DNA of 32,000 nucleotides. It comes from Erysipelotrichaceae bacterium. GTDB taxonomy: Bacteria > Bacillota > Clostridia > TANB77 > CAG-508. A program made the position numbers and the translations under genes. Below the pieces are notes generated by a model. It had not been told where the DNA came from. It saw only the letters and a program-made list of their open reading frames with translations, and ran no database searches. Below, piece by piece: positions 6,907 to 15,909 of this stretch (position 1 is its first letter; each line of letters begins with the position of its first letter). The DNA is taken from the NCBI GenBank assembly GCA_021769225.1, contig JAETTH010000002.1, forward strand, positions 1 through 32,000, read 5' to 3'.

Positions 6907-9288
6907 CTATAAATCTTTTGCAACTTTAGCATATTTTTTTAGTTTTTCATAAACAAGATAGTTAATACTTCCAGCAGGGAAAGCTCCTGTTTTATCTTTT
7001 CTACCAGCAGGTACTCCTGTTAGAACTTCAATTCCTTCTTCAATGTTATTAACAGCATATACATGGAATTTTCCTTCTTTTACAGCTTGTACTACTTCAT
7101 CAGAAAGATTTAAGTTTTTAACATTTTGAATTGGTATCATAACCCCGTGGTTTCCATCTAATCCACGCATTTTGCAAATTTGAAAGAATCCTTCTATTTT
7201 ATCATTAACACCACCAATTGGTTGGATGTCACCTTTTTGATTAACAGATCCAGTAACAGCAATTGCTTGATTAATTGGAACACCAGATAAACTTGAAAGA
7301 ATTGCATAAAGCTCTGTAGAAGAAGCACTGTCACCATCTACTCCGTTATATAACTGCTCAAAACAAATGCTGGCAGTAAGAGATAAAGGAATGTCTTGTG
7401 CAAACATTTCTCCTAAATATCCAGTTAGAATAAGAACACCTTTTGAATGACTAGAGCCAGATAATTCAACTTCACGTTCTACATTAATAACTCCTGATTT
7501 ACCAGTATAGGTATTGGCTGTAATTTTGGCTGGTTTTCCAAAGGTATAATCACCAATTGTCATAACTGTTAGGCCATTAATTTGTCCAACTTGGAAACCG
7601 GATGTATCAATTAAAAGGGTATTGTCTTTAATCATTTCCATATAGCGTGAATCATATTTTTTAACTCGTTCAATTCGTTCAGATAAAGCTTTGTCTACAT
7701 ATTTAGCAGTAACAACTTTTTCTTTTGCCATCTTTGCCCAAGTACCAGCTTCACCAATGATTTGAGATAAGTCATTAAATCTAGTAGATAATTTATCTTT
7801 ATCGTCTGCAAGCTTAGAAGAATACTCGATGACTCTAGCAACAGCAGAGCGGTCAAGTGGTGGAAGCTCCTCTTGTTCACAAAATCCATGAATAAATCTT
7901 GCAAGTTTGTTCATGTTTTCAACATTTCTTGGTGCATCGTCTTCAAATTCTACTTTAATTTTAAATAGTTTTCTAAAATCACTATCAACAGCAAGTAGGG
8001 TGTTATAGATACCACTATCACCAATAATAATTACTTTAATATCAAGTGGAATTGGTTCTGGTTTTAGAGAAATCATAACCATACTTGATCTTTGGTCAGC
8101 TGCGTTTTCAATTCCTAGTTCTTTGATTCTTAATGCTTTTTTAAGTGCATCATAGCATAATCCATTAGAAATTAGGTCTTTTGCTTGGAAGATAATGTAT
8201 CCACCATTAGCATAATGCATTAATCCGGGTTTAATCATCATGTGATCTGTTTTTAAAGAACCATAATAGTTTTCATATTCTAGTTTTCCAAATATGTTGT
8301 GATAAGAGTAGTTAGAGTCCATGATAACTGGTGCACCTTCTAGATTGCTATTGTCAATAAATAGGTTAACTCTATAATTTAACCAAGGTTTTGGACTTTC
8401 CTGTCTTGATCCTGACTGCCCATTTTTTTCTTGCTTGTCATCTGCAACAAAGATAGAGATATTTTTTAAAATATCTTTTTTGATACCATTTAAGAATTCT
8501 GTAATTTTTTTGTTTTTCTTAAATTTGGATTTAATGTAGTTGATGTGAACATTGATAGTAAGTAGGGCAATATTGGATTGCCATTCTTCAACTTTCTTTT
8601 CTTGATCTCTTTCAATTTCTTTGATTTCACTGATTACTTCAATAATTTGTTGTTGTACAATATTTGATTTGTCTTCAAAGTCTTTTTTGATGCTTTCATC
8701 TAGTTTTTCGAATTCTTCTTCTTCGATGGTTTTTCCATCAATGACGGGCATCATATAGATACCGTTTTGTGCGGTTTTTACTTGAAAGCCATATTTTAAA
8801 GATTCTTTATTTAATTTTTCCATTAGAAGAGAGCGTTTTTCTTCGAATTCTTGCTTAATTAGTTTTTTCTCTTTTTCAAAGTCATCGTTATTAAAGGTTT
8901 TACGAATATCAGAACGGATGTCTTTGATAAAAGCTTCCATAGAATCACGAAAATCTTTTCCTTGACCCGCAGGAAGTGAGACTGCAATTGGTTCATTTGG
9001 GTTTTCAAAATTATAGATATAGCACCAGTCTTGAGGTACTTTTTTCTTTTTGGATATTTTTTCTAGGTAGTTTTTGGCATACATCGTTTTACCAACGCCA
9101 CTTGGACCTTCTACATAGATATTGTATCCTTTTACATCTACGTTTAATCCAAATTCTAAAGCTTTAATGCCTCTGTCTTGCCCGATTCCAGTATCGATAG
9201 ATTCTAATTCTGCAGTTGTTTCAAATTTGAAAATGTCTGGGTCACATTTTTGCTTTAGACTTTTATAGCTTAGTTCATTTTTTTTCAT
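6907..9288 (-). CDS. Lon-family protease with AAA+ module and a long charged helical insertion (LonC-like architecture)
   Basis: Walker A is GPSGVGKT. A roughly 200-aa E/K-rich insertion follows it. The C-terminal Lon protease domain contains GDSASSTELYAILSSLSG (Ser nucleophile) and GGVNDKIEGF (Lys). Confidence 0.8.
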   Translation of the reverse strand: MKKNELSYKSLKQKCDPDIFKFETTAELESIDTGIGQDRGIKALEFGLNVDVKGYNIYVEGPSGVGKTMYAKNYLEKISKKKKVPQDWCYIYNFENPNEPIAVSLPAGQGKDFRDSMEAFIKDIRSDIRKTFNNDDFEKEKKLIKQEFEEKRSLLMEKLNKESLKYGFQVKTAQNGIYMMPVIDGKTIEEEEFEKLDESIKKDFEDKSNIVQQQIIEVISEIKEIERDQEKKVEEWQSNIALLTINVHINYIKSKFKKNKKITEFLNGIKKDILKNISIFVADDKQEKNGQSGSRQESPKPWLNYRVNLFIDNSNLEGAPVIMDSNYSYHNIFGKLEYENYYGSLKTDHMMIKPGLMHYANGGYIIFQAKDLISNGLCYDALKKALRIKELGIENAADQRSSMVMISLKPEPIPLDIKVIIIGDSGIYNTLLAVDSDFRKLFKIKVEFEDDAPRNVENMNKLARFIHGFCEQEELPPLDRSAVARVIEYSSKLADDKDKLSTRFNDLSQIIGEAGTWAKMAKEKVVTAKYVDKALSERIERVKKYDSRYMEMIKDNTLLIDTSGFQVGQINGLTVMTIGDYTFGKPAKITANTYTGKSGVINVEREVELSGSSHSKGVLILTGYLGEMFAQDIPLSLTASICFEQLYNGVDGDSASSTELYAILSSLSGVPINQAIAVTGSVNQKGDIQPIGGVNDKIEGFFQICKMRGLDGNHGVMIPIQNVKNLNLSDEVVQAVKEGKFHVYAVNNIEEGIEVLTGVPAGRKDKTGAFPAGSINYLVYEKLKKYAKVAKDL

Positions 9289-9345
9289 TTGTCTTTTTCT
9301 CCTTTATTTTGATTTTTTATATATGTATATTTAGGGTATAACCTT

Positions 9346-9786
9346 CTATGTAAAGTATAGTGTCATAATAATGGCATTGTCTTGATTGTTGTAATATTTT
9401 TTTCGGATTCCTAGTTTTTGAAAACCAAATTTTTCATATAAGTCAATGGCAGGAAGATTGTTTTCGTTGACTTCGAGTGTTAGAGAAGCAAGTTTGGTTT
9501 GTTTCGCTGTTTGTATTAGTTTGTCTAAAATTTGTTTTGCTATTCCTAAATTTCTCATATTTTTTTTTGTAACTAGGTTTGTAATGTGAATATCATCGAC
9601 AGCTTTCCAAATTCCACCAAATCCAACAATTTGATTTTTTTGTTTAGCAACAAAATAGCTAGAGTTTGGATTATTTAATTCTTTTTCGAAAATGGATGGT
9701 GTCCAAAATTCATCGAAGTCAGTTGTTAATATTTCTTCAATTTGTTTTAAGTCTTGCTGAGTCATTGGTTGGATTTGTATATTCAT
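9346..9786 (-). CDS. rimI: ribosomal-protein-alanine N-acetyltransferase (GNAT)
   Basis: It has the GNAT motif A (MRNLGIAKQILDKL) and LEVNENNLPAIDLYEKFGF. Its start overlaps the tsaB stop by 4 nt, the typical tsaB-rimI coupling. Confidence 0.8.
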   Translation of the reverse strand: MNIQIQPMTQQDLKQIEEILTTDFDEFWTPSIFEKELNNPNSSYFVAKQKNQIVGFGGIWKAVDDIHITNLVTKKNMRNLGIAKQILDKLIQTAKQTKLASLTLEVNENNLPAIDLYEKFGFQKLGIRKKYYNNQDNAIIMTLYFT

Positions 9787-10487
9787 TGTGAATCATCCTT
9801 TTTTTCTAACATACGTTCTGCACCTGATTTTCTTAGATAAAGTGGAAGAAGGTCATTGGAGGTGCCTGCTTTTCCTTGCATGTATTTATCAAAAGCAACT
9901 TTTCCAACGCTTGCCGCTGATTGTTTATTTTGGATTGGCTTTGCAAATTTTGCTTGATTTGCAAGTTTTTGTGAAATCATGTCTTGATGAAGTGAGGATG
10001 CATCTCCGACAAAAGTGATTGGTGTTTGAAAATTTGCTAAAAATTTGAAAATATCTAAAATATGACAGGCTTGATAGTCTATTTTTTTGATATATGTTCC
10101 ATTTTGTAGTTCAAATAAACCGAAATATACTTGATCATTTTTGGCATCGATAAGAGGGGCAATGAGCCCTTCTTCTGAAATATTGTATGCTAATGTCTCT
10201 AAAGAGCTGACACCAATGGTAGGAATTTCTTTTACATCTGCAAATGCTTTAATAGTAGAAATTCCGATACGAACACCAGTAAAAGAGCCAGGTCCTTTGG
10301 AACAGCTAAGTAAATCAATATTGTTTAAAGAGATACAAAGCGTATCCATGATTTCTTGAATCATAGGCATTAAGTTTTGAGAGTGTGTTTTTCCATCTTC
10401 TAAATTGATTTCTTTTAAAACGGTTTTATCTTCTAAAATAGCAACAGAGCATATATTAGAAGAGGTATCTATACTTAAAATTTTCAT
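9783..10487 (-). CDS. tsaB: tRNA t6A37 biosynthesis protein TsaB
   Basis: MKILSIDTSSNICSVAILED..., GPGSFTGVRIGISTIKAFA is the YeaZ/TsaB signature. Confidence 0.9.
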   Translation of the reverse strand: MKILSIDTSSNICSVAILEDKTVLKEINLEDGKTHSQNLMPMIQEIMDTLCISLNNIDLLSCSKGPGSFTGVRIGISTIKAFADVKEIPTIGVSSLETLAYNISEEGLIAPLIDAKNDQVYFGLFELQNGTYIKKIDYQACHILDIFKFLANFQTPITFVGDASSLHQDMISQKLANQAKFAKPIQNKQSAASVGKVAFDKYMQGKAGTSNDLLPLYLRKSGAERMLEKKDDSQ

Positions 10488-10527
10488 TTGAAAATAACCT
10501 CATTTTTTCTTTTTATTTTACAAGCTT

Positions 10528-10556
10528 ATTGTATCTTAAGAAGTAAGAAAAGTAAA
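10528..10556 (-). promoter_or_regulatory. candidate sigma-A promoter for tsaB-rimI
   Basis: On the minus strand: TTTACT (10556-10551), a 17-nt spacer, then TACAAT (10533-10528). Confidence 0.4.
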
Positions 10557-10621
10557 CAAAATTCTTGAAAAAAATACAAAAAAATATGGCTGAATTTGTA
10601 TAAAAAAGAAAGTGGGGCTAA

Positions 10622-10662
10622 CAAAAAAAAAAGAGTAAGATGAAAAATAAAATCTTACTCTT
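10622..10662 (-). terminator. rho-independent terminator overlapping the tsaE stop codon
   Basis: The stem is AAGAGTAAGAT / ATCTTACTCTT (11 bp). On the minus strand it is followed by T10. Confidence 0.65.
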
Positions 10663-11107
10663 TTAACATATCTTCAAATCGTTTCCCATGAGCAATGAGT
10701 TCTAACTTTCGATAGTTTTCATTTTCTTTACATTTTGAAAATAGAATTTCTAAATGTTCTTTTGGCAAAGCATCTTTTATTAGTTCGCCCCATTCAATGA
10801 TACAAATTCCTTGGGAAAAGTATTCATCTCCACCAATTGCATAAAATTCATCTAAATCAGATAGACGATAGACGTCAAAGTGATAAATGTTTAAATTTTT
10901 GGCATTGTATTCATTAACAATGGTAAAAGTAGGGCTTGAAATTTCTTCACCTAGATCAAAATATTCTAAAATGCCCTGGGTAAATTTAGTTTTCCCCATT
11001 CCTAAGTCACCAGTTAAAACAATAACATCGCTAGCTTGTAATTTGGGTGCTAATTTTTTGGCAAATTCAATGGTATCTTGTTCTGATTTTGAAATATATT
11101 GGTTCAA
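10655..11107 (-). CDS. tsaE: tRNA t6A37 biosynthesis ATPase TsaE
   Basis: GDLGMGKTKFTQG (P-loop), SPTFTIVNEY, HFDVYRL and IIEWGE are the YjeE/TsaE motifs. Confidence 0.9.
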   Translation of the reverse strand: MNQYISKSEQDTIEFAKKLAPKLQASDVIVLTGDLGMGKTKFTQGILEYFDLGEEISSPTFTIVNEYNAKNLNIYHFDVYRLSDLDEFYAIGGDEYFSQGICIIEWGELIKDALPKEHLEILFSKCKENENYRKLELIAHGKRFEDMLKE

Positions 11108-11337
11108 ATTGATTATCTCCTAACTATTAATATCTATAGTATATTGTATAGTAAATTAGTATATTTGTAAAGAAATCAGATGGAATTTTTATATCTTCAT
11201 ATGTATGACATTTTTACAAGTTAATCACATTTATTTATAAAATTGAAAAGTAAAGATATACTTATACTGATAAAAATGAGAGGCATAAAAGAATCATTAA
11301 TATTATATGCCAAAGAGTAAACAAAGTAGGAAAAGGG

Positions 11338-11582
11338 ATGTTAAGAAACCTAAAAGAAAAAATAAAGTCTTACATTAATAGCTCTAATTATTACAAAGTA
11401 AAGGATATATTGAGTCAGATGGAAAAATTAATGTCAATGCATTAATAAGAGCTACGTTAAGGAAAGAAAATAAAAGTGGACAACAAGATGGATACAAAAT
11501 AAAGGAAGATAAATTATGGTACTATGATAAAGAGGCAAATCAAACAAATTTAGGAGAAGTAGCAAAATTACAACTTAATTAA
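11338..11582 (+). pseudogene. possible gene remnant (two frames, no intact ORF)
   Basis: The ATG at 11338 gives a 35-aa ORF. A second frame from 11403 reads GYIESDGKINVNALIRATLRKENKSGQQDGYKIKEDKLWYYDKEANQTNLGEVAKLQLN* with no start codon. A weak hairpin plus T7 follows. The family is not recognisable with confidence. Confidence 0.25.
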
Positions 11583-11603
11583 TTTAAAAATATAATGATT
11601 AAA

Positions 11604-11630
11604 AACCAACTAGTTAATAGTTGTTTTTTT
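11604..11630 (+). terminator. weak rho-independent terminator
   Basis: CAACTA-GTTAA-TAGTTG forms a 6-bp stem followed by T7. Confidence 0.35.
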
Positions 11631-11660
11631 GAAATAAAAAAGTGGAATTAAGATAGAATC

Positions 11661-11689
11661 TTGCGTTTAGAGGGTTAGTATGATAAAAT
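11661..11689 (+). promoter_or_regulatory. sigma-A type promoter for lepA
   Basis: TTGCGT (11661-11666), a 17-nt spacer, TG-A-TAAAAT (11681-11689). GGAGG at 11707-11711 precedes the ATG at 11718. Confidence 0.5.
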
Positions 11690-11717
11690 AATTCTATCTT
11701 AAAAATGGAGGAAATAT

Positions 11718-13535
11718 ATGCCAGAAGATAGACAAAGTCATATTCGAAATTTTAGTATTATTGCACATATTGATCACGGAAAGTCAACCTTAGCTGATCG
11801 TTTAATTGAGATGACTGGGGTTCTTTCAAAACGTGAAATGGAAAGCCAAGTACTAGATAATATGGAATTAGAAAGAGAAAGAGGAATTACAATTAAATCT
11901 CAAGCAGTTCGTATGAAATATTATGCAAAAGATGGACAAGAATATATTTTTAATTTAATTGATACTCCAGGACATGTAGATTTTAATTATGAAGTATCTA
12001 GAAGTTTAGCTGCTTGTGATGGTGCTATTTTAGTAGTAGATAGTACACAAGGAGTAGAGGCACAAACTCTTGCTAATGTGTATTTAGCATTAGATAACAA
12101 TTTAGAGATATTGCCAGTTATCAATAAAATTGATTTACCAAATGCAAGACCAGAAGAAGTGAAAAAAGAAATTGAAGATATTATTGGAATACCAGCAGAA
12201 GGTGCTCCTTGCATTTCTGCAAAATCCGGGTTAAATGTTGAAGAAGTATTAGAAAGAATTGTAAAAGATATTCCTGCACCAAAAGGAAAAGAAGACTCTC
12301 AAACCAAATGCTTAATCTTTGACTCCTATTATGACAATTATAAAGGGGCAATTGCTTATGTACGTGTAGTAGATGGAAAGGTAAAAGTAGGAGACGAAAT
12401 ACTTCTAATGGCTGCTAAAAAGGTATTTACTGTAACAGAAGTTGGATACTTTGAGCCAGGAACTTATGTGCCAGCTAAAGAAATTTTAGCCGGAGAAGTA
12501 GGATATATTGCAGCAAGTATTAAAAATCTAGAAGATATTCATGTAGGGGATACTGTTACATTAAATAATGATCCAGCCAAAGAACCATTAAAAGGATATA
12601 AACAAGTAAATCCAATGGTATATTGTGGACTCTATCCAATGGATGGTAGTGATTATGAAAATCTAAAAGTAGCCCTTGAAAAATTAAAACTAAATGATGC
12701 AGCCCTCCAATATGAACCAGAAACATCAACAGCCTTAGGATTTGGATTTCGTTGTGGTTTTTTAGGATTATTACACTTAGAAATCATTGAAGAGAGATTA
12801 GATCGAGAATTTGATTTAGGACTTATTACAACATCTCCATCTGTTATCTACAAAGTACATAAAACAAGTGGAGAAGTAGTTGATTTATATAATCCATCTG
12901 ATTTACCAGCAGCTTCTGAAATTTCATATATGGAAGAGCCTTTTGTTAGTGCAGAAATTCTAACACCAAAAGAATTTGTAGGAAATATTATGGAGATTTG
13001 CCAAAACAGAAGAGGGATTTATATTGATATGAAATACTTAGATGAAAATCGAGTGACATTAGTATATGAAATGCCATTAAATGAGATTATTTATGATTTC
13101 TTTGATAACTTAAAATCAAGAACAAAAGGATATGCATCTTTTGACTATACATTTAAAGAATATCGTAGATCAGAATTGGTAAAATTAGATATTCATGTTA
13201 ATGGAGAAGGAGTAGATGCCTTAAGTTTTATTGTCCATAAAGATGCAGCTTATACAAGAGGAAAGAAAATGGTAGAAAAATTAAAAACAGTTATTCCAAG
13301 ACAGCTATTTGCAATTCCTCTTCAAGCAGTAATTGGTGGACAAATTATTGCAAGAGAAACCATTTCTGCTATGAGAAAAGATGTTTTAGCAAAATGTTAT
13401 GGTGGAGATATCACAAGAAAGAAAAAGTTATTAGAAAAACAGAAAAAAGGAAAGAAAAAAATGCGTGAAATTGGAAATGTAGAAATGCCACAAGAAGCCT
13501 TTTTATCTGTATTAAAATTAGATGATGAGAATTAA
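11718..13535 (+). CDS. lepA: translation elongation factor 4
   Basis: [29 protein letters not shown] and NKIDL are the GTPase motifs, and the LepA-specific C-terminal domain ends ...[15 protein letters not shown]. Confidence 0.97.
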   Translation: MPEDRQSHIRNFSIIAHIDHGKSTLADRLIEMTGVLSKREMESQVLDNMELERERGITIKSQAVRMKYYAKDGQEYIFNLIDTPGHVDFNYEVSRSLAACDGAILVVDSTQGVEAQTLANVYLALDNNLEILPVINKIDLPNARPEEVKKEIEDIIGIPAEGAPCISAKSGLNVEEVLERIVKDIPAPKGKEDSQTKCLIFDSYYDNYKGAIAYVRVVDGKVKVGDEILLMAAKKVFTVTEVGYFEPGTYVPAKEILAGEVGYIAASIKNLEDIHVGDTVTLNNDPAKEPLKGYKQVNPMVYCGLYPMDGSDYENLKVALEKLKLNDAALQYEPETSTALGFGFRCGFLGLLHLEIIEERLDREFDLGLITTSPSVIYKVHKTSGEVVDLYNPSDLPAASEISYMEEPFVSAEILTPKEFVGNIMEICQNRRGIYIDMKYLDENRVTLVYEMPLNEIIYDFFDNLKSRTKGYASFDYTFKEYRRSELVKLDIHVNGEGVDALSFIVHKDAAYTRGKKMVEKLKTVIPRQLFAIPLQAVIGGQIIARETISAMRKDVLAKCYGGDITRKKKLLEKQKKGKKKMREIGNVEMPQEAFLSVLKLDDEN

Positions 13536-13544
13536 GGGGTAAAT

Positions 13545-14336
13545 ATGGAAAAGTCAAGAAAACAAAAAGACTGGAAAGAAAATAGGCAAGAAGAAGCAGA
13601 ATATGTTGATCAAATAGAAGGCAGAAATTCAGTATTAGAACTATTAAACTCTGATCGTGATATTAATAAAATATTAATTGCCAAAGGAGAGAAACACGGG
13701 TCTATTAATAAAATTATTGCCATTGCAAAAGAGAAAAAGATTTTAATTTCAGAAATAGAAAAAGCAAAGTTTAATCAAATTGCAAAAGAACCGAATAATC
13801 AGGGGGTCATTGCCATTGTACCACCATTTTCCTATTGTGAAATCGATGATATTTTAGAGCTTGCTAAACAAAGAAAAGAAGAACCATTTGTCGTTATTTT
13901 AGACGGAATTGAAGATCCACATAATTTAGGATCCATTATCCGTACTGCAGAAACGGCAGGAGTACATGGTATTATTATTCCAAAAAGAAGAGCAGCATCT
14001 GTTAATAGTACTGTATCAAAAGTATCAGCTGGTGCAGTGGAGTATATGAAAATTGCAAGAGTAGGAAATATCAATGAAGCAATTAAAGAATTAAAAGAAA
14101 AAGGACTTTGGATTGTAGGAACCGATATGAATACTAACACATATTATAACAAACAGGATTTAAAAGGACCAATTGGAATTGTCATTGGAAGTGAAGGATT
14201 TGGTATGGGAAGACTTGTTAAAGAAAACTGTGATTTTTTAGTTAAAATTCCGATGAAAGGAAAGATAACATCCTTAAATGCCTCTGTATCAGCAGGAATT
14301 GTAATTTATGAAACAGTAAGACAAAGAAATAAATAA
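13545..14336 (+). CDS. rlmB: 23S rRNA (guanosine-2'-O)-methyltransferase, SpoU/TrmH group 3
   Basis: It has an N-terminal SpoU_sub_bind-like segment (IEGRNSVLELL) and the SpoU motifs LDGIEDPHNLGSIIRTAE, IVIGSEGFGM and SLNASVSAGIVIYE. Confidence 0.85.
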   Translation: MEKSRKQKDWKENRQEEAEYVDQIEGRNSVLELLNSDRDINKILIAKGEKHGSINKIIAIAKEKKILISEIEKAKFNQIAKEPNNQGVIAIVPPFSYCEIDDILELAKQRKEEPFVVILDGIEDPHNLGSIIRTAETAGVHGIIIPKRRAASVNSTVSKVSAGAVEYMKIARVGNINEAIKELKEKGLWIVGTDMNTNTYYNKQDLKGPIGIVIGSEGFGMGRLVKENCDFLVKIPMKGKITSLNASVSAGIVIYETVRQRNK

Positions 14337-14403
14337 AAAAGCTTGTGTAAAGCAAAGAAAAAAGATATAATAGTAAAAAAGAAGAGAAAGAGGGAATGAA
14401 AAA

Positions 14404-15816
14404 ATGAACAAAAAGAGAATGAAAATTTTAATTATTAGTCTAGTAGTTCTACTAATCGTATTAGTAGGTGGAACCTTTGCATTTTTATATTTTATGACAG
14501 ATATTTTTAAAAGTCCAGACCAACTATTCTATAAATACTTAGGACAAAATACGGAAATTGTAAAATTAGTAGAGCAGCCGGGACTAGAGGCATTTAATTC
14601 AAAGAAACAATTGAATTCTTACATTAATGTAGGAGATTTTTCATTTGAAATTACAAGTAATGATGCAGAACTAAAAGAAGTAGCTGATATTATGAATGAT
14701 TTAACAGTTAACTTTTCAGGTAGAGCGGATCGTGTTAATGATAGAGCATATCAAGAGATTAATTTGCTATATAAAACAACAAATTTATTTAAACTAAAAT
14801 ATTTGCAAGACGGAAATAAATATGCTTTAGCTTCAGATGATATTGTTAATAAATATGTTGGGATAGAAAATAATAATTTAAAGGAACTTGCTAAAAAATT
14901 TGGCTTAACAGATGAGCAATTAGTTGCATTTCCAGATAAAATAGAAGTAAAAGATTATTCAAGCCTATTTGAAATATCAGATGCTGATGCAAAAAGAATT
15001 CAAGAAACTTATTCAGCTGTATTTACTAATAATATTCCAAAAGAGAAGTTTGTAAAAGAAGATAAAATGGTTATCCAACAAAACAATCAAAGTTATGACA
15101 TTAATCGTTATTCACTTTCTTTAACCGATAAAGAAATTAATAATGTATTAACTCAACTTTTAACAACTTTAAAAAATGATGATGCTACTTTAAATCTAAT
15201 TATTGCAAAAATGGCATTAATTGATGAAACTCAACAATTAACAGTTGATGAATTAAAGGAAAGTATTCAAGCTATGCTTGATGAAAATCAAGAAGTAGAA
15301 GAAAATGGCTCAACTCTTAAAATTACAGTATTTGAATATAACGGAAGTTTAATGAAAACAACAGTAGAAATTGACGCAGAAGAATGGCTTGTGATTGAAA
15401 AGAAAGAAAATGAGTATCATTTAACAATGAGTGCCACAAAAGATGATCAAAATACTAAAATAGTAATGATACTTGGAAAACAAGATAATACAACAAATAT
15501 AGGATATAGCATTTATATTAATGAAGAAGAACAAATGGCATTAAATTTAAAAATTACAACACAAACACAGGAATCAGGAAGTAAAACTAATATTGAAATA
15601 ATTGGAAAAATTGATCAAACACAAGTTAAAGCAGTAATGAATAATAAAGAGGAATTTACTAATGCCATTGATAGTATAGATGAACTAAATAATGGAAATA
15701 GTATTATGATTAATGATTATCCAGCTGATCAAATTGCAGCTTTAATAGTAGCAATTCAAGAACAGTTCCAAAAAGTATTAGTAGAAAAAATGCAAGTTAT
15801 TTTAGTAAATCAATAA
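14404..15816 (+). CDS. hypothetical membrane-anchored protein (470 aa)
   Basis: It has a single N-terminal TM segment (ILIISLVVLLIVLVGGTFAFLYF) and then a hydrophilic, N/E/K-rich domain. I recognise no family. Confidence 0.6.
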   Translation: MNKKRMKILIISLVVLLIVLVGGTFAFLYFMTDIFKSPDQLFYKYLGQNTEIVKLVEQPGLEAFNSKKQLNSYINVGDFSFEITSNDAELKEVADIMNDLTVNFSGRADRVNDRAYQEINLLYKTTNLFKLKYLQDGNKYALASDDIVNKYVGIENNNLKELAKKFGLTDEQLVAFPDKIEVKDYSSLFEISDADAKRIQETYSAVFTNNIPKEKFVKEDKMVIQQNNQSYDINRYSLSLTDKEINNVLTQLLTTLKNDDATLNLIIAKMALIDETQQLTVDELKESIQAMLDENQEVEENGSTLKITVFEYNGSLMKTTVEIDAEEWLVIEKKENEYHLTMSATKDDQNTKIVMILGKQDNTTNIGYSIYINEEEQMALNLKITTQTQESGSKTNIEIIGKIDQTQVKAVMNNKEEFTNAIDSIDELNNGNSIMINDYPADQIAALIVAIQEQFQKVLVEKMQVILVNQ

Positions 15817-15909
15817 AAAATGAATAAAATATTTTGAAATTGACCATGCACTTTTGTTTTTTACCTTACATATAATTTTGTATGCAAGTAAAAACGGAGG
15901 TGCATTTTA

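Noticed and set aside
6907-9288. The Lon-like protease as BrxL of a BREX defence system
   Set aside because: No PglX-type methyltransferase, PglZ phosphatase, or BrxA/B/C genes are nearby. The neighbours are rplS and rimI-tsaB housekeeping genes, and the gene is flanked by its own terminators.
7695-14140. Short ORFs nested inside lon, tsaB, tsaE, lepA and rlmB (7695-7904 -, 8976-9167 +, 9788-10018 +, 10141-10359 +, 10887-11123 +, 11987-12214 -, 13832-14140 -)
   Set aside because: Each is fully contained in, or antisense to, a confidently identified conserved gene and lacks an RBS. These are shadow ORFs.
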